NCBI GenBank assembly: GCA_910585685.1
Contig: CAJUEO010000003.1
Coordinates: forward strand, 45,004-109,003
DNA length: 64,000 nt
Reading direction: 5' to 3'
Origin: an uncultured Christensenella sp.
GTDB lineage: Bacteria > Bacillota > Clostridia > Christensenellales > Borkfalkiaceae
The notes beneath the pieces were generated by a model. It was not told where the DNA came from. It did not search any database and worked only from the letters and a program-made list of their open reading frames with translations. Position 1 is the stretch's first letter. Every line of letters starts with the position of its first letter. The translations under genes and the position numbers were made by a program. Shown piece after piece: positions 46,795 through 55,549 of this stretch.

Positions 46795-48192
46795 ATGAAA
46801 AGACGGACGTTTTTAATTTTTTGTATAATAATTTCCGTATTTGCAGCGTATACCGCGCTTTACGGCTGTCAGGTAAAGCTGGACGTCGAAAAGCCGCACG
46901 AGCACGCCTTTGTCGAAAGCGTAGTTGCGCCTACCTGTACGCAAAAGGGCTATACGTTCCACTTATGCAACTGCGGAGAAACATTTAAAGACAATTTTAC
47001 AGAAAGTACGGGACATTCCCCCGTTGAAGTCAAATATTCTGCGCCCACATGCTCGGCAGAGGGCACTACGGGCGGCACGCGCTGCGAAGTTTGCGGTGCG
47101 GCTATCGATGGGTGCGAAGTTATTGAAAAGCTTCCGCATACCGTTGTCTATACGCAAGGCAAAAGCGCAACATGCACCGAGGACGGCTTCTCTTCGGGCG
47201 CAAGTTGCAGTGTGTGCAATGAAGTTATTTTGCAAAGCCAGCCCATTAAAGCCAAGGGGCACCGCGTTCGTCGCGGAGAAAAAACCCAAAACCGCGCAGA
47301 GTGCGCAGTCTGCAACAGCTATTATACCCCCAGACTTGGCAACAGCGCGTTCGGGTATTACGATTTTTACTACACCTCCAACGGCGCGGCAAAACAGCAG
47401 CTTTATTACGACATATATCTTGCGTGCGAAAGGCTTGTTTCCGGTCGCGACGACCTGCAATCGTCATTTGCGGAGGACGGGGACGGCAACAGGATTGTTT
47501 ATTATCCCATTGACGAAATCGAGCTTACAGGGCGCAACCTCACCAATGAGGAGGCTGTGGCGGTCTGGCAGGTGTTCTACTTTGAAAATCCTGCCTACTA
47601 TTGGCTGAAAAACGACCTGCTGATAATAAATAAAATTTCGTCGGAGGACGAAAGCGTAATTGCGCTTGTACTTATGGCGGACGAGGACTTTGTTGAATAC
47701 TCCGCCCGTGCCGAAATGGATTTAAAAATCAGAGATATGGAAGCTGAGTGCGCAAAGTATATAGACGGCAGTTCGTCCGACAGAGAAAAGGCGTTAAAAA
47801 TTCACGACTATATAGTCAATAAAATTGATTACGCGTATAAAGACGGCACAAACAAGCCCGAGGACGCAGGCTGGGCGCACAGCATTGTCGGCGTTGCGGA
47901 CAAGGGGTTGGGCGTTTGCGAGGCGTATGCAAAGACGTTTTTGTATCTTTGCGAGTTGTACGACGTCAACTGCGTGATAGTTGCAGGTTGGGCAAACGAA
48001 GAGCACGCCTGGAACTATATTCAAATCGACGGCAGTTGGTACGGTGCGGACTTGACCTGGGACGACGGTAAGACGGTAACTTATAAGTACTTCGGCGCGT
48101 CGGAAAGCGATATGTCAAAGGAGCACCGACCCTATTTTTCACAGGACGGCTATTACGATTTGCCGACTTTGAGCAAGAATAATTTAAATTAA
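46795..48192 (+). CDS. lipoprotein with four Cys-rich repeats and a C-terminal transglutaminase-like cysteine-protease core
   Basis: MKRRTFLIFCIIISVFAAYTALYGC lipobox. Repeats of the form H-x-V...P/A-T-C-x-x-x-G...C-x-x-C. Catalytic-type blocks GVCEAYAKTF, EEHAWNY, GADLTWDD. Confidence 0.7.
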   Translation: MKRRTFLIFCIIISVFAAYTALYGCQVKLDVEKPHEHAFVESVVAPTCTQKGYTFHLCNCGETFKDNFTESTGHSPVEVKYSAPTCSAEGTTGGTRCEVCGAAIDGCEVIEKLPHTVVYTQGKSATCTEDGFSSGASCSVCNEVILQSQPIKAKGHRVRRGEKTQNRAECAVCNSYYTPRLGNSAFGYYDFYYTSNGAAKQQLYYDIYLACERLVSGRDDLQSSFAEDGDGNRIVYYPIDEIELTGRNLTNEEAVAVWQVFYFENPAYYWLKNDLLIINKISSEDESVIALVLMADEDFVEYSARAEMDLKIRDMEAECAKYIDGSSSDREKALKIHDYIVNKIDYAYKDGTNKPEDAGWAHSIVGVADKGLGVCEAYAKTFLYLCELYDVNCVIVAGWANEEHAWNYIQIDGSWYGADLTWDDGKTVTYKYFGASESDMSKEHRPYFSQDGYYDLPTLSKNNLN

Positions 48193-48216
48193 TATTACTG
48201 CATACAGGAGTTTATT

Positions 48217-51200
48217 ATGTATAAGAAAGTGGACACGTCCTTGAACTTTATCGAGCGTGAAAAGCAAGTTATCGAGTTTTGGAAGGATAATAAAATTTTT
48301 GAACAGTCGATAGAAAAAAACGACGGCAATCAAGAATTTTCTTTCTACGACGGCCCCCCTACGGCAAACGGAAAGCCGCACGTCGGGCATATCCTCACGC
48401 GCGTTATGAAGGATTTGATTCCCAGATATCAGACTATGAAGGGCAAGCACGTTTTAAGGAAGGCTGGCTGGGATACTCACGGTCTGCCCGTAGAGCTCGA
48501 GGTTGAAAAACTTCTCGGTCTGGACGGCAAACAGCAGATTGAAAATTACGGTATCGAGCCGTTTATCTCGCAGTGCAAACAGTCGGTCTGGAAATACAAG
48601 GGCGAGTGGGAAAAGATGAGCGACAGAGTGGGTTATTGGGCGGATATGGACAACCCTTATGTGACCTACGACGATAAATATATCGAGTCCGAATGGTGGG
48701 CATTGAAGGAAATGCACAAAAAAGGGCTGTTATACAAGGGGCACAAAATAGTTCCCTATTGCCCGAGGTGCGGAACTGCGCTCTCCTCGCACGAGGTCGC
48801 TCAGGGCTATAAGCTTGTAAAGGAGAACTCCGCCGTTGCAAGGTTTAAGGTAAAGGGCAGTAATAACCGCTATATTCTTGCCTGGACCACAACGCCCTGG
48901 ACGTTGCCTTCAAACGTGGCGCTCTGCGTTAATCCCGACGAGCAGTACGTCGAAATAGAGAGCGAGGGGGTAAACTATATTCTTGCGGAAGCGCTTGTGG
49001 GCAAATTCTTCGAGGAATATAAGCTTATATCCAAAAAATGCGGCAAGCAGCTCGAATATCTCGAATACGAGCCGCTTTTTAAGGAAACTACTGCGGAAAT
49101 TGCACACATTTCCCCAAATAACGCAAGCATAAAGGCGCACTTTGTCGTATGCGACGGCTACGTCACTATGGGTGACGGCACGGGCGTCGTTCACATTGCG
49201 CCGGCGTTCGGTGAGGACGACTATAAAGTAGGTAAAAAATACAACTTGCCCGTAGTTCAGCTTGTAAACGAGCGCGGCTGTTTTGACGAAAGGTTTGCCT
49301 CTCTTTCTGGCGTGTTTGCAAAAAAAGCCGACAAAGCCATACTTGAAAGACTGACAGACAGCGGACTTTTATTTAAAGTGATACCTTTCGAACACGACTA
49401 TCCCCATTGTTGGAGGTGCGATACGCCGCTTCTGTACTACGCAAAATCGAGCTGGTTTATAGAGGTAACAAAGGTCAAGGACGACATAATAAAAGCCAAC
49501 CGTTCGGTAAATTGGATGCCCGACAATATAAAAGAGGGCAGAATGGGCAACTTTCTTGAAAACGTCATCGATTGGGGTCTGTCGCGCGACAGGTATTGGG
49601 GAACGCCCCTGCCCGTATGGGTTTGTCCCGACTGCGGAGAAATAGAGGTAATAGGCAGCAAAGCCGAACTCAAAGAGAAGTGCGGACTTGACAAAGATGC
49701 GGATATCGAGCTGCACCGCCCCTATCTTGACAAATTAACTTGCAAATGCCAAAAGTGCGGCGGCAAAATGTCGAGAACGCACGAGGTTATCGACTGCTGG
49801 TTTGATTCCGGTTCGATGCCGTTTGCGCAGTATCACTATCCGTTTGAAAATAAAAATTTGTTTGACGAAACTTTTCCTGCAGACTTTATTTCAGAGGCGG
49901 TTGACCAAACTCGAGGTTGGTTCTATACTCTGCTTGTAATAAACACTATACTTTTCGGCAAGGCGCCCTTTAAAAACTGCATTGTGCTGGGGCACGTCAA
50001 CGACAAAAACGGCATAAAAATGTCAAAGCACAAGGGCAACGTAGTTGACCCGTGGAGCGTTCTCGACAAACAGGGCGCCGACGCTGTGCGCTGGTACTTC
50101 TATTCTTCGAGCGCGCCCTGGCTGCCTTCGCGCTTCTCGGAAGAAACGGTAAGCGAGGCGCAGAGGAAGTATATAGGCACGCTGTGGAACACCTACGCGT
50201 TCTTTACGCTGTATGCCGAAATCGACAAGTACGACCCGTCCGAATACAGTTTAAAGAACTGCAAACTGTCTTTAATGGATAGGTGGATTTTATCTAAGCT
50301 CAACTCGCTTGTTAAATTCATCGACGAAAGTTTGGCAAACTACGAAATTTGCGAAAGCTCGCGTAAGTTGCAGGATTTTTCGGACGTGCTTTCAAATTGG
50401 TATGTTCGTCGCTGCCGCGACAGATATTGGGGTGCGGATATGACCGACGACAAGGCGGCGGCTTACACAACGCTGTACACCGTGCTTGTAACGCTTGCAA
50501 AGCTCACCGCGCCTTATACTCCGTTTATTGCCGAGATGATGTATCAAAACCTTGTTCCGTCCTTCTATGCAAGCGAGCCCAAGTCGGTACATTTGTGTTC
50601 CTTCCCCGTTGCGGACGAGAGCTTTATAGACAAAAAATTAGAGGACGCAATGGACGAAGTTACCGAAATAGTAATTTTGGGCAGAGCGGCAAGAAATATC
50701 GGCAACCTCAAAAACCGCCAACCGCTTTCCGAAATGTACGTCGTAACCGACAGAGATATTGCACTCGACGATGAAGAGGTGTCGATAGTTCTGGACGAGC
50801 TGAACGTCAAAAGCTTGAAAACGTCGAAAGACGCCGACAAATTTTTAAGTTATAAATTAAAGCCCCAGCTTAAAACGCTTGGGCCCAAATACGGCAAGCA
50901 GCTTGGATTGATTTCAAAATTCCTTGCCGAATGCGACGGAAAAGAGGTTGTAAACGCCGTTAAACGTGACGGTTCGTACACAATAAGCGGCACGGATATC
51001 GAGCTTAAATTGGAAGATTTGCAAATTTTTCCTCAAAGCGCGCAAGGCTATATAGCCGCGGAGGACAGGGGCATTACCGTGGCGTTGAACTCGCAACTTT
51101 CCGAAGAACTCATTTTAGAGGGTATCGAGCGCGAGCTTGTTTCCAAAATTCAGAATATGAGAAAGGAAGCCGGTTTTGAAGTTACCGACAGAATAGAAGT

Positions 51201-51360
51201 CTATTTCAAGGCTGACGGAAAGGCATTGCAGGTTTTGAAAGCTGCGGCGTTTGCGGTCGACGTACTTGCCGAAAAAGTGGAAGAGGGCACAGCGGACGGA
51301 TTTACGCGCGAACAGAACGTAAACGGAGAAAAAGTAACTTTGACGCTTGTGCGCAAATAG
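48217..51360 (+). CDS. ileS: isoleucine-tRNA ligase (long, type-2-like form)
   Basis: PPTANGKPHVGH (HIGH) and KMSKHKGN (KMSKS). 1047 aa. Confidence 0.95.
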   Translation: MYKKVDTSLNFIEREKQVIEFWKDNKIFEQSIEKNDGNQEFSFYDGPPTANGKPHVGHILTRVMKDLIPRYQTMKGKHVLRKAGWDTHGLPVELEVEKLLGLDGKQQIENYGIEPFISQCKQSVWKYKGEWEKMSDRVGYWADMDNPYVTYDDKYIESEWWALKEMHKKGLLYKGHKIVPYCPRCGTALSSHEVAQGYKLVKENSAVARFKVKGSNNRYILAWTTTPWTLPSNVALCVNPDEQYVEIESEGVNYILAEALVGKFFEEYKLISKKCGKQLEYLEYEPLFKETTAEIAHISPNNASIKAHFVVCDGYVTMGDGTGVVHIAPAFGEDDYKVGKKYNLPVVQLVNERGCFDERFASLSGVFAKKADKAILERLTDSGLLFKVIPFEHDYPHCWRCDTPLLYYAKSSWFIEVTKVKDDIIKANRSVNWMPDNIKEGRMGNFLENVIDWGLSRDRYWGTPLPVWVCPDCGEIEVIGSKAELKEKCGLDKDADIELHRPYLDKLTCKCQKCGGKMSRTHEVIDCWFDSGSMPFAQYHYPFENKNLFDETFPADFISEAVDQTRGWFYTLLVINTILFGKAPFKNCIVLGHVNDKNGIKMSKHKGNVVDPWSVLDKQGADAVRWYFYSSSAPWLPSRFSEETVSEAQRKYIGTLWNTYAFFTLYAEIDKYDPSEYSLKNCKLSLMDRWILSKLNSLVKFIDESLANYEICESSRKLQDFSDVLSNWYVRRCRDRYWGADMTDDKAAAYTTLYTVLVTLAKLTAPYTPFIAEMMYQNLVPSFYASEPKSVHLCSFPVADESFIDKKLEDAMDEVTEIVILGRAARNIGNLKNRQPLSEMYVVTDRDIALDDEEVSIVLDELNVKSLKTSKDADKFLSYKLKPQLKTLGPKYGKQLGLISKFLAECDGKEVVNAVKRDGSYTISGTDIELKLEDLQIFPQSAQGYIAAEDRGITVALNSQLSEELILEGIERELVSKIQNMRKEAGFEVTDRIEVYFKADGKALQVLKAAAFAVDVLAEKVEEGTADGFTREQNVNGEKVTLTLVRK

Positions 51361-51363
51361 AAA

Positions 51364-52155
51364 ATGTACGATATCGCAAACAAATTAAAGCAATTAAGAA
51401 TAAAAAATAAGGTTTCGCAGGACGAGCTTGCCGACGGTATTTTGGTATCGCGTCAGACAATATCCAAGTGGGAAAACGGCGTTGTTTTGCCGAGCCTCGA
51501 TAATCTGCAAGCGCTGTGTGCATTTTTCAAAGTTGAAATAAATTATTTTTTCGATGAAAAATACGACGTGCGCAACGGCGCGGAGGAAGAGGGCGCTACA
51601 ACAATTTCTGCGCAAGAAGAGGGTAAGAGCTCTATCCGCCGTTCAAGGTCGACGGAAAAATATTTTCGTATAATTCTTTCGTGCTTCGGTTCTGTCGATT
51701 TTGCCCTTCAAGCAATACTTGTCGGATTTTTATGTATTTATTTCCCGACTTTCGGGCGTGAAGACGCTGCGCCTATTGTGGATATTCCATTGCCGTTAAC
51801 TGTGGCCGTTATAATACTTTTTTGCATGTTTTGCGTATTTACGGCATTTTCAGCCTTAAAGTATATTAAATATAGACGCGCAGTTTATGGGAAACGTATT
51901 ATTGTAGCCGCCAGGCGTTCGCAAATTGCAGACTGCCTATATCCCATTACGCTTGTTTTTTTAGCGCTTTGCGATATTGTTTTGGAAGTTATTGTAATAA
52001 CTTTTAGCTGTTTGTGTATTTTCGAGACCACGCACTTTGAATTTATTGTCGTAATTTCAGTTGCACTTGCCGCATTTTTGATATTTACAGGTTTGACTGT
52101 GTTCACTATATTCAAGTTTGTAAATTACAGGCGGTCAATAAGTATTTCAGAATAA
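51364..52155 (+). CDS. membrane-bound XRE-family HTH regulator (HTH plus about 4 TM helices)
   Basis: LKQLRIKNKVSQDELADGILVSRQTISKWENG HTH_3, an acidic linker, then hydrophobic helices. Confidence 0.7.
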   Translation: MYDIANKLKQLRIKNKVSQDELADGILVSRQTISKWENGVVLPSLDNLQALCAFFKVEINYFFDEKYDVRNGAEEEGATTISAQEEGKSSIRRSRSTEKYFRIILSCFGSVDFALQAILVGFLCIYFPTFGREDAAPIVDIPLPLTVAVIILFCMFCVFTAFSALKYIKYRRAVYGKRIIVAARRSQIADCLYPITLVFLALCDIVLEVIVITFSCLCIFETTHFEFIVVISVALAAFLIFTGLTVFTIFKFVNYRRSISISE

Positions 52156-52167
52156 ATTTTTGTAAAT

Positions 52168-52200
52168 AAACCCACGCAATTTTGCGTGGGTTTTTATTTT
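52168..52200 (+). terminator. intrinsic terminator
   Basis: AAACCCACGCAA-TT-TTGCGTGGGTTT followed by a T-run. Confidence 0.85.
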
Positions 52201-52209
52201 TACGACGTT

Positions 52210-52306
52210 TGTAAACAACCTTTTACACTAATGTAAACAAGTTTATACGTTGTGAAGTCTTGCTTTGTTAAATTTTAATAGTACAATGAAAATGTAAATA
52301 TTTACA
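52210..52306. promoter_or_regulatory. three TGTAAA-N(2-6)-TTTA(C/T)A inverted repeats upstream of the tandem lipoprotein genes
   Basis: TGTAAACAACCTTTTACA (52210-52227), TGTAAACAAGTTTATA (52232-52247), and the perfect palindrome TGTAAATATTTACA (52293-52306). Possible promoter TTGCTT-16-TACAAT at 52260-52287. Confidence 0.5.
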
Positions 52307-52335
52307 AAGAAATAAATTTGAGAAGTGGAAATTTT

Positions 52336-52953
52336 ATGAAAAGATTATTGATTTTAAGTTTATTAATAATTTTAATAAGCTTGAGCGGTTGTGGGTTTAA
52401 GCCCGAGGCGGAGTATTACTTTGAAATAGGAGATGTCTATCGTGTAATCGAGCTTGAAAATGCTGAACCAGAGCATAAGGAAAAGTTCGGATTGGAGGCT
52501 TATAATTATATTTTGTTTAACGAAAATGAGAAAAACGACAGTAAATTGAAAATTACTATAAATTCGTTTTACATAACAAACGATATATTGTTTGATAACA
52601 TAGCGGCATTAAATAGAGACGGGGTGGAGGTTGTATATAATTATTTGGGGATAAGACCAAATAAATTGAAAAATGATTTAACTGCATGTTTTAAGACAGG
52701 ATTTTATTCTTATTGTGGGAAAACAGGCGCTTCTGTAACTTTTGACGTTGACAAAGATACAATAGATTTTAATGCCGATAAACTGTTTGGGCAAATTGCA
52801 GATGTGGATATTTATACCTTTAAATATACGGATTTATCTGTTATAGACGGTAGCGAGATGGATAACGGTAGTTTTAAAATTATTATAGTTACAGGTAATT
52901 ATTATGTCGGTTATTTTTCAACTGACGATAACTTAGGAGTAAAGTTAGTTTGA
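52336..52953 (+). CDS. hypothetical lipoprotein, paralog A
   Basis: MKRLLILSLLIILISLSGC lipobox. Shares FKPEAEYYFEI, EPEHKEKFGLE and ADVDIYTFKYTDL blocks with the next gene. Confidence 0.65.
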   Translation: MKRLLILSLLIILISLSGCGFKPEAEYYFEIGDVYRVIELENAEPEHKEKFGLEAYNYILFNENEKNDSKLKITINSFYITNDILFDNIAALNRDGVEVVYNYLGIRPNKLKNDLTACFKTGFYSYCGKTGASVTFDVDKDTIDFNADKLFGQIADVDIYTFKYTDLSVIDGSEMDNGSFKIIIVTGNYYVGYFSTDDNLGVKLV

Positions 52954-53597
52954 AAAAATTTTATGTTTTAATTGTAAGTATTGTATTGGCAATAGCGATG
53001 CTGTGTGGTTGCGCGTCTTTCAAGCCCGAGGCGGAGTATTACTTTGAAATAGATAGTTTTTATTCAGAGAATAACGTAACTAAAATATGCAAAGTCTACC
53101 GCACAATCGAGCTAAAAAACGACAAACCCGAACATAGAGAAAACTTCGGTTTGGAAACGTTTCTGGTTGATATGAATACCGGTATATTTGATAGTTTAAC
53201 TATTACCGAAAACGTCAAACCCTGCTATGTCGAAAACGATTTGTTTTTCACTAAGCCGAACATTTTAAATAAAGAGGGGGTAGATGAAGTTTACAGATGT
53301 ATTGGATTAAAAGTTCCCTTTACATTATGTGAAGAACGAAATGATTGTTCAAGAACGGGATTATACACTTATAATGCAAAAATCAGCGGCGTTACGACTT
53401 CAATGAATTTTGATATGGTTGTAGAAAACGAGCGTTTACCCGAACGCATAGGCTATATGGCGGACGTGGATATTTATACTTTTACTTATACCGATTTATT
53501 AAAAGATGACGGTAGCGCAATAATAAGCGGAGAATTTAAAGTTATAGTAGTTACGGGTAACTCGCGCTTGGGTTATTTTCAACCTGCTATTGTTTAA
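52950..53597 (+). CDS. hypothetical lipoprotein, paralog B
   Basis: TTG start overlapping the previous stop codon (TTGA). LAIAMLCGC lipobox. Shares sequence blocks with paralog A. Confidence 0.65.
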   Translation: MKKFYVLIVSIVLAIAMLCGCASFKPEAEYYFEIDSFYSENNVTKICKVYRTIELKNDKPEHRENFGLETFLVDMNTGIFDSLTITENVKPCYVENDLFFTKPNILNKEGVDEVYRCIGLKVPFTLCEERNDCSRTGLYTYNAKISGVTTSMNFDMVVENERLPERIGYMADVDIYTFTYTDLLKDDGSAIISGEFKVIVVTGNSRLGYFQPAIV

Positions 53598-53637
53598 AAA
53601 TCAACATTAAAACAGACAAACTCTCATAGTTTATTCT

Positions 53638-53859
53638 ATGAGAGTTTTTGATTTAAAGACGGGTGACAGTGCGCAAATAGTAAAAATACAGTTGGATGGC
53701 GGCGCGTTGGAAAGACTAAACGCGCTGGGCATACGCGTGGGAGAAAGAATAGAGGTGCTATCTTTTTCGCTGTTTAAAAGCAGTATTTTAATATCGTGCG
53801 CGGCGGTGCGCGTAGGGCTCAGGCGTTCGCTTGCGCAAAAAATAGAGGTGCGCGTATGA
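53638..53859 (+). CDS. feoA: ferrous iron transport protein A
   Basis: LKTGDSAQIVKI...LGIRVGERIEVL SH3-like FeoA pattern. ATGA overlap with feoB. Confidence 0.8.
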   Translation: MRVFDLKTGDSAQIVKIQLDGGALERLNALGIRVGERIEVLSFSLFKSSILISCAAVRVGLRRSLAQKIEVRV

Positions 53860-55547
53860 ACTTAACAAAATTAAAGGCACGCACCGTCGAAAATACGGCA
53901 ACCAAAAAAATAGTACTTGCCGGAAATCCGAACGCGGGCAAAACTACGCTTTTTAACGCGCTTACGCACAGCAGTTTGCGCACGGGCAATTTTCACGGAG
54001 TTACAACTTCTCCTTCGGAAAAAACAGTAGGCGGAATTAAGTTTGTAGACGTGCCCGGAGCGTATGCCTTCAGGGTATATTCAATGGAGGAGCGTTCGGC
54101 TGTAGACGAGCTTAAAAGCGCGGATATAGTTGTAAACGTTATCGACGCGCTTACGCTCGAAAACAGCCTTAACCTCACAAAACAAATAATTGCGCTTGGA
54201 AAATATACCGTCGTTTACATAACAAAGTATGAAAAACTTTTAAAGCGCGGCGGTAATATAGATGCGCAAAAACTTTCCGAACATCTCGGCATACCCGTGT
54301 TTATATGTTCCCCCAAACAACTTTTAAAGGAGTTGGAAAAGGGCGCGTTGCCGCAAGCCGTCAAAAACGTAAATACGCTATTAAACGCGGCATATAACGG
54401 GGGCAATTTAAAAGTATCTAAGGTTGACAGGCTGTTTTATAACCGCTTTTTTGCACTGTTTGTGTTTATAGCAAGCATTATTTTAATGTTCTTTCTTGCT
54501 TTTCATCCGTTGATGCCTGGCGCTTGGTTGAAAAATCTCACCGAGGGGCTTATATGCGATACTTTCGGCGGATTTTTGACCGCCAATATGAGCAACGAAG
54601 CGGTCAAATCGCTCGTTAGCGAGGGCATATTAGGGGGTATAGGCGGAATTTTGTCGTTTATACCGCAGATAATGATACTATATCTTTTTTTAACCTTGCT
54701 CGACGAAAGCGGCGTAACATCCGCACTTGCGTTTGCAACCGACGGGGTTTTTGAAAAGGTAAAGCTGTCCGGCAGGGCTGCGTTTTCGCTTATTTCGGGG
54801 TTCGGCTGCACGGCGGCCGCCATTCTTACAACGCGCGGTTATTCCTCTGCTTCGGCGCAAAGGCGCACGGTAGCTATATTGCCCTTTATTCCCTGTGGTG
54901 CGAAGTTGCCCGTATTTTTGACTTTTTTATCACCGCTGTTCGATAATCCCTTCCCTGCAATAACTCTGATGTATTTTTCGGGCTTGGCGTTTGCGGTGGC
55001 TGTATCTGCGCTTTTAAAGGGTGAGAGGGAGAGTATGCTTTCCGAAGTTACGCCTATTTTTATCCCTTCTTTTAAAGCCGTCGCTGAAAAGTTGTGTTTT
55101 TATTTAAAAGGGTTTATAATAAAGGTGGTCGGCGTGGTCGCGCTGTTTTGCGTGGTTTCCTGGGTGCTGTCGCACTTTTCGTTTACATTCGAATACGTCG
55201 ATGCGGACAAGAGCATGCTTGCGGCTATCAGTCGCTTGATTTTGCCGCTGTTCTATCCCATGGGCATAACCGATTGGAGGCTGGCTTACGCCGCGCTGTG
55301 CGGCTTTATCGCAAAGGAAAACGTAGCCGCAACAGTGGCAATGTTGATGGGCGGCAACATAGGACTGGGGCTTGCGCCTACGCTTGCCATTTGTACGTTC
55401 GAACTTTTGTGCCCTGCGTGTATTTCGGCGTTTTCCGCTTCGTGTAAGGAGTGCGGTTTGATTTTTACGTTGAAATGCGTGGGATTTCAAATTTTAGTCA
55501 GTTTTGTATTTGCATATCTGGTAAGGCTTGCATTTTTTTGGGTTTGA
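53856..55547 (+). CDS. feoB: ferrous iron transport protein B
   Basis: GNPNAGKTTLFNALT G1 motif, DVPG, and a polytopic membrane domain. The ATG at 53856 is used. Confidence 0.88.
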   Translation: MNLTKLKARTVENTATKKIVLAGNPNAGKTTLFNALTHSSLRTGNFHGVTTSPSEKTVGGIKFVDVPGAYAFRVYSMEERSAVDELKSADIVVNVIDALTLENSLNLTKQIIALGKYTVVYITKYEKLLKRGGNIDAQKLSEHLGIPVFICSPKQLLKELEKGALPQAVKNVNTLLNAAYNGGNLKVSKVDRLFYNRFFALFVFIASIILMFFLAFHPLMPGAWLKNLTEGLICDTFGGFLTANMSNEAVKSLVSEGILGGIGGILSFIPQIMILYLFLTLLDESGVTSALAFATDGVFEKVKLSGRAAFSLISGFGCTAAAILTTRGYSSASAQRRTVAILPFIPCGAKLPVFLTFLSPLFDNPFPAITLMYFSGLAFAVAVSALLKGERESMLSEVTPIFIPSFKAVAEKLCFYLKGFIIKVVGVVALFCVVSWVLSHFSFTFEYVDADKSMLAAISRLILPLFYPMGITDWRLAYAALCGFIAKENVAATVAMLMGGNIGLGLAPTLAICTFELLCPACISAFSASCKECGLIFTLKCVGFQILVSFVFAYLVRLAFFWV

Positions 55548-55549
55548 TA

